A stretch of 46,258 nucleotides of DNA from an uncultured Nitrospira sp. (GTDB lineage: Bacteria; Nitrospirota; Nitrospiria; Nitrospirales; Nitrospiraceae). Both the position numbers and the translations under genes were made by a program. Below the pieces are notes generated by a model. The model made no database searches. It worked only from the letters and a program-made list of their open reading frames with translations, and had not been told where the DNA came from. This document shows positions 18,137-27,521 of this stretch, in pieces. The DNA lies in NCBI GenBank assembly GCA_964570915.1, contig CAZNBG010000001.1, positions 1 to 46,258 on the forward strand, written 5' to 3'. Each line of letters begins with the position of its first letter. The stretch's first letter is position 1.

Positions 18137-19594
18137 ATGAACGATGAGAAGAAACTGACTACTAACGCCGGATGCCCGGTCGCCGACAATCAGAACGTGC
18201 TGACTGCCGGGCCACGCGGGCCACAACTATTGCAGGATGTGTGGTTTCTGGAAAAGCTCGCGCATTTCGATCGTGAAGTGATTCCCGAGCGTCGCATGCA
18301 TGCAAAGGGCTCCGGCGCCTACGGCACGTTTACGGTGACACAGGACATCACCCAGTACACACGTGCGAAGATCTTTAGTCAGGTCGGAAAGAAGACCGAA
18401 CTGTTTGCTCGCTTTACCACTGTAGCGGGAGAGCGCGGCGCGGCTGACGCCGAACGCGACATCCGAGGCTTTGCCGTGAAATTCTACACCGAGGAAGGCA
18501 ACTGGGACCTGGTCGGCAACAACACGCCGGTGTTCTTCCTCCGCGACCCTCTCAAGTTCCCCGACCTCAATCACGCGGTCAAGCGAGACCCGCGCACCAA
18601 CCTACGCAGCGCAAAGAACAACTGGGATTTCTGGACCTCCCTGCCCGAAGCCCTGCACCAAATTACGATTGTCATGAGCGATCGCGGTATTCCGGCGACC
18701 TACCGGCACATGCATGGCTTCGGGAGCCATACCTTCAGTTTCATCAATGCCAAGCGCGAACGCCACTGGGTCAAGTTCCACTTCAAGTGCCGGCAGGGCA
18801 TCAAAAACTTGACTGATCCTGAAGCTGCGGCGTTGATCGGAAAGGACCGGGAAAGCCACCAACGTGACCTCTTCGAGAGCATTGAGAAAGGCGACTTCCC
18901 CAAGTGGACCCTCATGGTGCAGATCATGCCCGAAGCAGACGCGGCAAAGGTACCCTATCATCCGTTCGATTTGACAAAAGTCTGGCCACACAAGGACTAT
19001 CCCCTCATCGAGGTCGGCGTCATGGAGCTCAACCGCAACCCTGAAAACTTCTTCGCTGAGGTCGAACAGTCGGCGTTCAACCCGGCGAATGTTGTGCCGG
19101 GCATCGGTTTCTCGCCGGACAAGATGTTGCAGGGTCGTCTCTTCAGCTATGGCGACGCGCAGCGCTATCGCCTCGGCGTCAACCACCACCTCATACCGGT
19201 CAATGCTCCGCGCTGTCCGGCGCACAGTTACCACCGCGACGGTGCCATGCGCGTAGATGGTAACCATGGGAGCACCCTTGGTTACGAGCCGAACAGCTCC
19301 GGTGAGTGGAAAGAGCAACCGGATTTCCGTGAGCCCGCGCTCGGTCTGGAGGGTACGGCAGACCATTGGAACCACCGTGAAGACACAGACTATTTCTCGC
19401 AGCCCGGCGCGCTGTTCCGGTTAATGACGGCCGCCCAGCAGCGAGTGCTGTTTGAAAACACGGCTCGTTCCATCGGTGCGGCGCCTCGAGAAATCCAGCT
19501 CCGCCACATCCGCCACTGCCTCAAAGCCGATCCGGCGTATGGCAAGGGCATTGCCGAGGCCTTGGGGATTGCATTGACGGATGTGCCCGCCTAG
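18137..19594 (+). CDS. katA: Monofunctional heme catalase (small subunit)
   Basis: [18 protein letters not shown] active-site signature and RLFSYGDAQ heme-ligand signature; 485 aa. Confidence 0.97.
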   Translation: MNDEKKLTTNAGCPVADNQNVLTAGPRGPQLLQDVWFLEKLAHFDREVIPERRMHAKGSGAYGTFTVTQDITQYTRAKIFSQVGKKTELFARFTTVAGERGAADAERDIRGFAVKFYTEEGNWDLVGNNTPVFFLRDPLKFPDLNHAVKRDPRTNLRSAKNNWDFWTSLPEALHQITIVMSDRGIPATYRHMHGFGSHTFSFINAKRERHWVKFHFKCRQGIKNLTDPEAAALIGKDRESHQRDLFESIEKGDFPKWTLMVQIMPEADAAKVPYHPFDLTKVWPHKDYPLIEVGVMELNRNPENFFAEVEQSAFNPANVVPGIGFSPDKMLQGRLFSYGDAQRYRLGVNHHLIPVNAPRCPAHSYHRDGAMRVDGNHGSTLGYEPNSSGEWKEQPDFREPALGLEGTADHWNHREDTDYFSQPGALFRLMTAAQQRVLFENTARSIGAAPREIQLRHIRHCLKADPAYGKGIAEALGIALTDVPA

Positions 19595-19617
19595 GACAAC
19601 TGCTGCATAGGAGCAGG

Positions 19618-19642
19618 GGCGGGGGACTGATCGTCCCCCGCC
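19618..19642 (+). terminator. GC-rich hairpin after catalase
   Basis: GGCGGGGGAC-TGATC-GTCCCCCGCC perfect 10-bp stem; weak U tract. Confidence 0.55.
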
Positions 19643-19884
19643 GGGTGTGTCGAAACGTTCGACGGCTCCTCGGGTCATACATACCTCGTCCAAGCACACT
19701 GAGTCGGTTCCATCACACAACCGTGTGTGGTGGTGCCGGGCACATTATTCCAAGCAACTCCAGCATGGTGCATTTTCCCACAGTGATATTCTTATGGTTG
19801 GCGCTCAATGCGACAGCCTGCTCCTGTTTAGCGACCTCCCTCCCTTAAGGGTTCGAAAAAACGATGTCGGGAACGTGATTTGCG

Positions 19885-20985
19885 ATGACTTTCAGCATGC
19901 CGGTGTTAAGCAGGTCAACCTTGGAGCGGTACCTACGGGTCCGATTTGGGCCCAAGGTTGCCTTGCTGTCTTACGGAGTGATCGGCAAAGAGAGTTCGAA
20001 GGGAGAACAGAAGCGGTATGGGTATGGCACACCCGTCAAATTGACGTTCAGAATCGGCCGTCAGGTTCGGTTTGCCGTACTTGAAACCATGAAGCCCGGC
20101 CCGTTTGGGCACGAACATATGGCTGATCGTGGCCAAGCGATATGGTGGGACTACGATTCGTATGGCCGCCTGCCACGCCATGTGAAGGCATTGGATGTGG
20201 GTGCGTTCGATGCCAAACGGGCGCTCTTTTCCATCGCCGACGCTCGTGAATTCTTTGTGTTGAACGAATGGGCGGACGGGGTGAACTATCATAGGGATCT
20301 TGCGCGGCTGGCGAAAGGCGGGACGCTGCGTACGTTAGATCGCCAACGCACCGTCGCGTTGGCCCGCTACTTGGCTCACATCCATGCAAAGAAACGGCGT
20401 GACGCGAATCTGTATAAACGTCGGCTGCGTGAGTTGATCGGTCACGGCGAATGCATAATGGGACTGACCGACAGTTATCCGACTCGCTGTGGCTTTATCA
20501 CCGGCGATCTCCTGCGAACGGTGGAGGACGCGTGCAATCGATGGCGCTGGCGTCTCCATGAGAAAACCAATCGGCTTTGTCAGGTTCACGGAGATTTCCA
20601 TCCGTACAATGTGCTGTTCCGTACCGGGACGGATTTTGCGGTGTTGGATCGCTCACGGGGAGAATGGGGCGAACCGGCCGACGACATCACGGCGATGACG
20701 ATCAATTATCTGCTGAACTCATTGATCAGCTGGGGCAAGCTCCGGGGGCCGTTCGAAATTCTGTTTCGATTGTTCTGGGACACCTACATGGAAACCAGCG
20801 GCGACAAGGATGTCACTGAAACAGCGGCGCCGTTCTTCGCCTTTCGCGGCCTGGTCGTGGCCAGCCCGCTCTGGTATCCCAATCTGTCGATGGACATCCG
20901 ACGGAGTCTCTTTCGCTTCATTGAGAATGTTCTCGACCTCCCGCGCTTTGAACCGGAGCGTGTGAATGAGTACTGTCAGGAATGA
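19885..20985 (+). CDS. Aminoglycoside phosphotransferase-like (APH) kinase
   Basis: Brenner motif HGDFHPYNVL followed by VLDRSRGEWGEPADD. Confidence 0.85.
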   Translation: MTFSMPVLSRSTLERYLRVRFGPKVALLSYGVIGKESSKGEQKRYGYGTPVKLTFRIGRQVRFAVLETMKPGPFGHEHMADRGQAIWWDYDSYGRLPRHVKALDVGAFDAKRALFSIADAREFFVLNEWADGVNYHRDLARLAKGGTLRTLDRQRTVALARYLAHIHAKKRRDANLYKRRLRELIGHGECIMGLTDSYPTRCGFITGDLLRTVEDACNRWRWRLHEKTNRLCQVHGDFHPYNVLFRTGTDFAVLDRSRGEWGEPADDITAMTINYLLNSLISWGKLRGPFEILFRLFWDTYMETSGDKDVTETAAPFFAFRGLVVASPLWYPNLSMDIRRSLFRFIENVLDLPRFEPERVNEYCQE

Positions 20986-21064
20986 TAGGCTGTCAGTAAA
21001 CAGCCTTCTTTGCACTGAGGCGAAGGGGTGGTCTGACGGGGATTCTTGATAACGGGGCCTGTGT

Positions 21065-21592
21065 ATGAATCGAGTGCCAAGCTGTGCCATCTGGCTCACC
21101 GGCCTGCCCGCGTCAGGAAAGAGCACCATCGCTGCCGCACTGAAGCCGAGGCTGGAGGAGATCGGTTCCGTCGAAGTGTTCGAATCGGACGCAGTCCGTC
21201 GAATCTTAACACCTCATCCCACTTACAGTGTTGGAGAACGGGATTTGTTCTATCGTTCACTCGCGTTCATGGGTGCGAAGCTGGTCTCGCATAATGTGAC
21301 GGTGATCTTCGATGCGACAGCCAACAAACGGGCCTATCGCGATTGTGCTAGAAGTCTGATTTCGAGGTTCATCGAGGTGGCCGTGGAATGTCCGTTGGAA
21401 TTGGCGATGCAGCGTGACTACAAGGGAACCTATCGACGTGGGCAGAGTGGTGAAGCGGCGACGGTTCCAGGATTACATGAGCCCTACGAGGCGCCCCTGA
21501 ATCCGGATGTGAGGATCGATACGATAACGGTCTCAGCAGAGGACGCAGCGGAGAGAATCATGGAGGTTGTGAGGAACACCCTGCCCTCATAA
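21065..21592 (+). CDS. cysC: Adenylyl-sulfate kinase-like P-loop kinase
   Basis: IWLTGLPASGKST, RDYKGTY, GLHEPYEAPLNPD match APS kinase motifs; true substrate uncertain. Confidence 0.7.
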   Translation: MNRVPSCAIWLTGLPASGKSTIAAALKPRLEEIGSVEVFESDAVRRILTPHPTYSVGERDLFYRSLAFMGAKLVSHNVTVIFDATANKRAYRDCARSLISRFIEVAVECPLELAMQRDYKGTYRRGQSGEAATVPGLHEPYEAPLNPDVRIDTITVSAEDAAERIMEVVRNTLPS

Positions 21593-21615
21593 ACCAGTAG
21601 CGTCAGCAGGGGGCC

Positions 21616-22260
21616 TTACATCAGGTGCTGTACAAACCACTTTCCTGCATGTTCCGCCACCTGCTCCAGGGTGCCGGGCTCCTCGAACAGGTGTGTCGCT
21701 CCTGGGACGATGATGAGGTTCTTTTCACAGGTCAGCACACCATACGCTACGCGGTTCATCTCAATGACCGGTTCATCACGGCCCCCGACAATCAACAAGG
21801 TCGGGGCGGTGACCGATGGCAGATACGGTTCAGCCAGGTCCGGTCGTCCGCCGCGCGACACCACCGCCTTGATATTCGACGGATCTCGTACGGCGGCTTG
21901 CAAGGCTGCTCCCGCGCCGGTGCTGGCTCCAAAATAACCGATTCCTAGATTCTTCGTCCGTGGCTCCGCGACCAGCCAGTCTTTTGCCAGCAGAAGTCTG
22001 TCTGCGAGCAGATCGATATCAAACACCTTGCGCCGATCATTCGCTTCGTCTTCCGTCAACAAGTCAAGGAGTAGAGTGGCGAGTTTGTCCTGCTGGAATC
22101 GTCGGGCGACAAAATTGTTGCGCGGGCTCAACCGTCCGCTGCCGCTGCCATGCGCAAACACCACGACGCCATGCGGCGTGGTCAGAGGAAGACCAAGGGC
22201 GCCGTCCAAGGCCAGACCTTCTCTGACGATTCGTATACTCTGTTGATGTAAGGACGTCAT
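21616..22260 (-). CDS. Dienelactone hydrolase family alpha/beta hydrolase
   Basis: FAHGSGSGRLSPRN, GYFGASTGA nucleophile elbow, VSRGGRPDLA, GATHLFEE. Confidence 0.9.
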   Translation of the reverse strand: MTSLHQQSIRIVREGLALDGALGLPLTTPHGVVVFAHGSGSGRLSPRNNFVARRFQQDKLATLLLDLLTEDEANDRRKVFDIDLLADRLLLAKDWLVAEPRTKNLGIGYFGASTGAGAALQAAVRDPSNIKAVVSRGGRPDLAEPYLPSVTAPTLLIVGGRDEPVIEMNRVAYGVLTCEKNLIIVPGATHLFEEPGTLEQVAEHAGKWFVQHLM

Positions 22261-22422
22261 ACCCTGCTATTCAGTATTGTTGATGTGGAGTCGTGGTCCA
22301 CTGTCCGGGTCACGGTCTGCAACGGCGGAGAGCTCCGAACGTGATACGCTGGTACCATCTCAGGGCTCGGAGCGTTTCAGGCCGTTGCCCCAGGTGCGTC
22401 CCCATTCGATACTCAACGATAC

Positions 22423-23286
22423 TCAACCAAAAATCATGAGTGGATAGGTTCCCTGGTGTAATAAGGCATGCGAGACGCTGCCCAGCACCATGCGGGTGAT
22501 GCCGTGGCGCCCGCGCGATCCCACGAGAATAAGGTCGGTATTCGACGCTCTGGCTTCTTGAAGCATTCCATCAACGGGTGTTCCCAAGGCGGCACACACA
22601 CGAGTCGGGTAGCCTGAGGATCGGAGCTTGGCAGCCGTCTCCTCGAGAAAGTCATTCGCCTTGCGGAGAGAATGGGTTTCCATGTGTTCGGCGGAGACTG
22701 CATCCACGGGCCAGGGAGGTCTGGTATGGGGAAGGACCGTGAACAGGATCGTCGTGGGCAGATCACGAAAGGGCTTCTGATGAAGGAAGGAGAGGGCATG
22801 ATCCGCATCATAGTGTCCTTGGAGGGGGAGCAAGATCTGGTGAAGGGCGTTCAGAGGCCCGGGAAGAATCAGTTTCGCACCTGGCGCGAATGTCAATACT
22901 CGGTGGGAGACACTGCCGATGAGCCGCTCCTTGATCGGTCCAAGCCCTCGCGTACCGAGAAGAATGAGATTCACCTTCAGCTGATCCGCCAATGTGACGA
23001 TCTGATCTGCCGGAGATCCGACGACCAGATGCTTCGTGACCAGCCCGGCATCCGATGGGAGCAAGGACACGATGCGATCCAATAAACGAGTCCCGTCGTC
23101 ACGCATGTTTCGCTCGACCGTCTCGTAGAGTTCTTGTGTCGTCTCCGGCATCATCATGGGATAGGCGGGACCGGGAACATCGAGTACATGCACAAGGTGC
23201 AGTTCCTCGGCATGTGATAGGTATTTGAGGGATCGAACCGCCTCATACGAATGGTCGGAGCCGTCGACAGTGAGCAAGACTTTCAT
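22423..23286 (-). CDS. Universal stress protein (tandem USP domains)
   Basis: MKVLLTVDGS, GTRGLGPIKERLIGSVS, GSRGRHGITRMVLGSVS; probable start 23286 (ORF is open from 23442). Confidence 0.92.
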   Translation of the reverse strand: MKVLLTVDGSDHSYEAVRSLKYLSHAEELHLVHVLDVPGPAYPMMMPETTQELYETVERNMRDDGTRLLDRIVSLLPSDAGLVTKHLVVGSPADQIVTLADQLKVNLILLGTRGLGPIKERLIGSVSHRVLTFAPGAKLILPGPLNALHQILLPLQGHYDADHALSFLHQKPFRDLPTTILFTVLPHTRPPWPVDAVSAEHMETHSLRKANDFLEETAAKLRSSGYPTRVCAALGTPVDGMLQEARASNTDLILVGSRGRHGITRMVLGSVSHALLHQGTYPLMIFG

Positions 23287-23479
23287 GGCGTCACCTTGAG
23301 TTTGTGGAACTTCCTGCCCCGTCTCAGCATGAATCATATGGGCAGTCAGGTTGTCGCGATCTGCAAATACATCCCCCCTTAAAACATCTTGGACGACGGT
23401 CGCGACCGATCCGCTGGCCAGCGCCTGGTCTGCTCCTCGCACGGATCATCGTTCTCCTCCGATACTAAAGATGATCTTC

Positions 23480-23495
23480 AGCAAGTCCAATGCCG
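23480..23495 (-). promoter_or_regulatory. Sigma54 -24/-12 promoter
   Basis: Minus strand CGGCATT-GGAC-TTGCT upstream of the USP-hydrolase unit. Confidence 0.65.
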
Positions 23496-23564
23496 CTCCA
23501 TGACAGTACGAAGTGCTGTCTGGCACGTAGTGAAGGAGGGTTGAGCCTCGCAGTAATGGCGCCT

Positions 23565-23598
23565 TCTGCTACAGAGGGCGAGCGAAAGTTGTAGCAGA
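23565..23598. promoter_or_regulatory. Inverted repeat between divergent sigma54 promoters
   Basis: TCTGCTACA-N16-TGTAGCAGA. Confidence 0.4.
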
Positions 23599-23710
23599 GA
23601 TCCTCTTCTTCAGAAGGCGGAGGGTTTGGGGTGACGACTGACGGAAAAAATGGCCACGAGATATTCGTGGGTTTTTCAAGCCATCGGCATCCGTCTCATC
23701 GTGTCGTTGA

Positions 23711-23726
23711 TGGCATCGCCCTTGCT
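23711..23726 (+). promoter_or_regulatory. Sigma54 -24/-12 promoter
   Basis: TGGCATC-GCCC-TTGCT upstream of the DUF2934-pfk-USP unit. Confidence 0.75.
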
Positions 23727-23751
23727 CGATTGTTAATCAACAGAATTGTTC

Positions 23752-24051
23752 ATGGGGCGGGAGATTCATCTCTTCAAGACGATCCTCGTCGCGATGACGT
23801 TTCCCCCTTGCCCAGATGACGCATTCCGGATCGGCTGTCAGGTTGCACGGCTCTATGGGAAGATTCTCCTCGTTGTGCCTGGAATAGACACCGGTGCACT
23901 TGCCGCATCCAATCAACGGGTCTCTCCGTTCCATTCGATGCTACCGAGCAGCGTGCGGTTACGCTATGATGCCTGCTCAACCAGAGCCCGAACGTTTCGG
24001 CCGGGCCATCGTTGCGTCTTCTCCGAACAGTCCATACCGACAGACGTTTAA
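23752..24051 (+). pseudogene. Degenerate USP-like remnant
   Basis: FKTILVAMTFPPCPDDAFRIGCQVARLY resembles a USP N-terminus, but the downstream USP motifs are absent. Confidence 0.5.
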
Positions 24052-24065
24052 CCGAGGAGCAAGTT

Positions 24066-24293
24066 ATGAAAAAGACAGGGAAGAAAACCGTTAAAGGGGG
24101 CAGGCGAGCCTCCCCTTCTGTAGCGGAAAGGGCCGTGAAGCCCATCCAATTGCCGGATGGGATGTGGGAACGGATTTCGCGCAAAGCCTATGAGCTCTGG
24201 GAGGAGCGGGGCCGTCAGGAAGGAAGCGCTCTCCGAAATTGGTTGGATGCGGAGGAAATCGTCATCAAAGAACTCCATGAATCGTGTGAATGA
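24066..24293 (+). CDS. DUF2934 domain protein
   Basis: ERISRKAYELWEERGRQEGSALRNWLDAE; GAGGAG RBS. Confidence 0.85.
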   Translation: MKKTGKKTVKGGRRASPSVAERAVKPIQLPDGMWERISRKAYELWEERGRQEGSALRNWLDAEEIVIKELHESCE

Positions 24294-24558
24294 CCAAGTG
24301 ACGGGATTCTGGGTCCTGCGGCCCCCCGCTCTCGATGCAGTCCTCGCTCGCTTGAAAGCGCTTTCTCTCGAGCCGGAATTCAGGTTGCAACGGGAGCTGG
24401 CGATCTCACGTGCACTGAAGTCCTATCTGCAAGGGGCGGCCGGCACATTTGTCCAGCCGGACTGCTTGCCATCTCAAGGAGATGGAGTATACAACCATGC
24501 CGCAGGTCATGAAGAAATTGGAAGGTCGATGGAAAGCGGCCTAAGGAGAAACAGATGA
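24277..24558 (+). CDS. Short hypothetical ORF, possibly a truncated gene
   Basis: 93 codons filling the gap; stop overlaps the pfk ATG; helical protein-like N-terminal half. Confidence 0.35.
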   Translation: MNRVNDQVTGFWVLRPPALDAVLARLKALSLEPEFRLQRELAISRALKSYLQGAAGTFVQPDCLPSQGDGVYNHAAGHEEIGRSMESGLRRNR

Positions 24559-25802
24559 CACTTCAGCGTTCGACCGTCGGCATTCTTATCGGTGGCGGGC
24601 CGGCTCCCGGGATCAATAGTGTGATCAGCGCGGCAACGATCTGCAGCACACTTGGAGGCTCGGATGTGCTCGGGCTTATCGATGGATTCAAATGGCTCAT
24701 GGAAGGAAGCACGGGACAAGTACGGCCACTCTCGATTGAGGACGTCAGTCGAATCCATTTTCGAGGCGGGTCTTTTCTGGGCACGTCACGGGCCAACCCG
24801 ACGAAAACTGCGGAGCACCTCGACAACGTGTTGTTCTCGTTGAAGAGGCTGGGGATCACACGGTTGATGACGATCGGCGGGGATGATACTGCGTTTTCGG
24901 CCATGAAGCTGGAGGAGCGATCCGGCGGTCAACTGCAAGTCACCCACGTTCCCAAGACGATCGACAACGATTTGGATCTTCCCCATGGGATTCCAACATT
25001 CGGATTTCAAACGGCCCGTCACATTGGGGTCGAGATCGTGAAGAACTTGATGGTCGATGCCCGCACGACTACGCACTGGTACTTGGTCGTGACCATGGGG
25101 CGCAAGGCCGGGCATCTCGCATTAGGAATCGGAAAGGCGGCCGGGGCCACGCTCACGATCATCCCGGAGGAGTTTGGGGAGAGACCGGTGAGACTCCAAC
25201 GAGTCGTCGATCTCTTGATCGGGACCATGATCAAGCGGCTGGAACACGGTCGGGCCGATGGTGTTGCGGTACTGGCCGAGGGACTGATCGAAATTCTCGA
25301 TCCTCGTGATCTTGGAGGGTTGGAACATATCGAACGAGACGAGCACGGTCATTTGCGGTTGAACGAAGTGGATGTCGGCAGTGTGTTGCGGCGTGAACTG
25401 GAGAAACAGCTCCGTGCATTGGGCCTTTCCTTCGCCGTCGTGGCGAAGAACGTGGGCTATGAACTCCGTTGTGCCGATCCGATCCCCTACGACATCGAAT
25501 ACACGCGTGACCTCGGGTATTGTGCCGCTCAATATCTGCTCGATGGCGGGACCTCGGCGATGGTATCGATCCAGAACGGACGGTTCGCCCCGATTCCTTT
25601 CAGGCAGATGGTGGACTCCTCTACCGGACGGCCCAGAGTTAGGATGGTGGATATCGATTCGCAGTCCTATCAGATCGCCCGGCAATACATGATTCGGCTT
25701 ACAGCAGAGGACTTGCGCAATCCAGATGCCTTGGGCCGATATGGCGACTTGTCCGGTCTGTCAGCAGCGGCGTTTCGAGAACGGTTCGCTGCAGTCCTCT
25801 GA
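24555..25802 (+). CDS. pfp: Phosphofructokinase (PfkA family), probably PPi-dependent
   Basis: GGGPAPG, IGGDDT, PKTIDND, MGRKAGHLA, GYELR; the Asp/Lys pair is the PPi-specificity signature. Confidence 0.85.
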   Translation: MTLQRSTVGILIGGGPAPGINSVISAATICSTLGGSDVLGLIDGFKWLMEGSTGQVRPLSIEDVSRIHFRGGSFLGTSRANPTKTAEHLDNVLFSLKRLGITRLMTIGGDDTAFSAMKLEERSGGQLQVTHVPKTIDNDLDLPHGIPTFGFQTARHIGVEIVKNLMVDARTTTHWYLVVTMGRKAGHLALGIGKAAGATLTIIPEEFGERPVRLQRVVDLLIGTMIKRLEHGRADGVAVLAEGLIEILDPRDLGGLEHIERDEHGHLRLNEVDVGSVLRRELEKQLRALGLSFAVVAKNVGYELRCADPIPYDIEYTRDLGYCAAQYLLDGGTSAMVSIQNGRFAPIPFRQMVDSSTGRPRVRMVDIDSQSYQIARQYMIRLTAEDLRNPDALGRYGDLSGLSAAAFRERFAAVL

Positions 25803-25841
25803 ACACGATGGACGCTCTCGTCGAACAAAAGGATATTCAAC

Positions 25842-26699
25842 ATGAAGGTTCTCGCGGCCACCGACGGGTCGAAGTTCGGCAGATGGGCCATCAAATGGGT
25901 GGCAGACATGCCTTTCGTTGTTCAGCCGGTCGTGCAGGCGCTGCATGTCGTCGATGTGGGGAGCCTTCGGGCTCCCTTCATGATTCAACCGATGATCGTC
26001 GGTACCGAACGTTATCTTCAGTTGGAAGTGAAGCGGATAGAGGCAGCGGCTAAGGTCACCAAAAAAGAATCAGAAGAGTTGTTGCTTACGCTCGGTTTGA
26101 AGGGGATTGTTACGGTAGATAGGGGTGGCGTGGCGGATACGATCATAAAGCATGCGCGGCGCAGAGTTGGGCTGTTGTCGATCGGGTCACGAGGATTGGA
26201 TGCCCTTGATCGCTTCATGCTCGGCAGTATCTCAAATGATGCCATTCGCCATGCGCCCTGTTCCGTGCTGGTGGTGAAAGAGAACCCTCGGCCCGTCCGA
26301 CACGTGGTGCTGGCGATCGACGGGTCGGCAGCGTCGGATAAGGCGGTCAAGTTTCTGATGCGCTACGTCAATCCGACACCCGAGGGCCCGAATCGGGAAC
26401 CGATTTTGGTCACGGTCGTGCATGCGATAGCCTATTTGAGGTATCCCGAAGTGAAGGAGGCCGGGAACGCGTTGGTGCGCCGCTATGGAGATAAGCTCGC
26501 GAAAATAGGCTTCCAGATACACGAAGCCTTGAGACTGGGGAAGCCGGAGGATGAGATTCTGACAATGGCCACGAAGGGCAAGGCGGATCTTATCTTAACC
26601 GGAGCCAAGGGGCTGGGCGCAATCCGCCGCGTGCTGCTCGGCAGCGTGTCCACTCGTGTGGTTCAACATGCCCACTGTGGGGTGCTTGTGGTCCGCTGA
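25842..26699 (+). CDS. Universal stress protein (tandem USP domains)
   Basis: MKVLAATDGS, GSRGLDALDRFMLGSIS, GAKGLGAIRRVLLGSVS. Confidence 0.92.
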   Translation: MKVLAATDGSKFGRWAIKWVADMPFVVQPVVQALHVVDVGSLRAPFMIQPMIVGTERYLQLEVKRIEAAAKVTKKESEELLLTLGLKGIVTVDRGGVADTIIKHARRRVGLLSIGSRGLDALDRFMLGSISNDAIRHAPCSVLVVKENPRPVRHVVLAIDGSAASDKAVKFLMRYVNPTPEGPNREPILVTVVHAIAYLRYPEVKEAGNALVRRYGDKLAKIGFQIHEALRLGKPEDEILTMATKGKADLILTGAKGLGAIRRVLLGSVSTRVVQHAHCGVLVVR

Positions 26700-26744
26700 C
26701 GCGCATATCTGTAAGAAATGTATCAACGGTCCGACGAAACAGAC

Positions 26745-26774
26745 TTGACGGGAAGGCGGAAGGCGCAATAGACT
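26745..26774 (+). promoter_or_regulatory. Sigma70-type promoter
   Basis: TTGACG-N18-TAGACT upstream of the MarR gene. Confidence 0.5.
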
Positions 26775-26813
26775 GACCGGTAATGGCAGCGGAGAGGGAG
26801 GAGTAAAGCAGCT

Positions 26814-27491
26814 ATGGCAGCATTGATGAAGATCGATCAAGACTCGCTCCCTGATCGTTTGGTGACTGGGCTTTCGAAAATCGGCTTGGCGATGAAGAGC
26901 CGGACCTGGAGACGGAAGGGACGACAGGGCATTGGCCCCTTGCAAATTCAAGTACTGACGTTTCTCCGATCTCGACCGAATCATTCGGCTACCGTCTCGA
27001 CGATTGCTCGAGAACTCTCCGTCAAACTGCCCACCGCCTCAGAAGTTATCCGAACGCTTGAACACAAACGGTTGGTTCGACGGCGTCGTCGGGAAGTCGA
27101 CAACCGCGTCGTGACCGTTCACCTAACGTCACTTGGGGCAAAAGCCGGTCACGTGGAAAACCGATGGCCGGAGATTCTTGCGTCTGCCACCGGGAATCTG
27201 TCGGCACAAGAACAGGTCGCCCTTCTCACCACACTTGTGAAATTGATTCGTGCGCTTCAACTGCAGGGAGAAATCCCGGTGGCGCGGATGTGTGTTTCTT
27301 GCGAACATTTCCGGCCACATGTCTACGCGGAATCGGCTCAGCCTCATCACTGTACCTTCTATAACGTCGCGTTTGGAGATCAGGCTTTCCGTCTCGATTG
27401 TCCTGAGTACGTGGAAACTTCGGCGGAAACCACCGATAATGGCGCCGACTCTCACAACGGTGCGAGAGTGGTCCAATCTGCTCAGGTATGA
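26814..27491 (+). CDS. MarR family regulator with C-terminal Cys/His cluster
   Basis: Winged HTH (TVSTIARELSVKLPTASEVIRTLEHKRLV..DNRVV) plus CVSCEHF...HHCTFY...LDC. Confidence 0.88.
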   Translation: MAALMKIDQDSLPDRLVTGLSKIGLAMKSRTWRRKGRQGIGPLQIQVLTFLRSRPNHSATVSTIARELSVKLPTASEVIRTLEHKRLVRRRRREVDNRVVTVHLTSLGAKAGHVENRWPEILASATGNLSAQEQVALLTTLVKLIRALQLQGEIPVARMCVSCEHFRPHVYAESAQPHHCTFYNVAFGDQAFRLDCPEYVETSAETTDNGADSHNGARVVQSAQV

Positions 27492-27521
27492 CCGCGGGCT
27501 GACGGCCGGTCATAGGAACAG

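Noticed and set aside
19643-19884. Short ORFs between katA and the kinase gene
   Set aside because: No RBS or recognisable motif in any frame
19885-20985. Aminoglycoside resistance gene
   Set aside because: Only the general APH-like kinase motif is seen; no resistance or mobile context
23521-23536. TGGCACG -24 element
   Set aside because: No matching -12 TGC element
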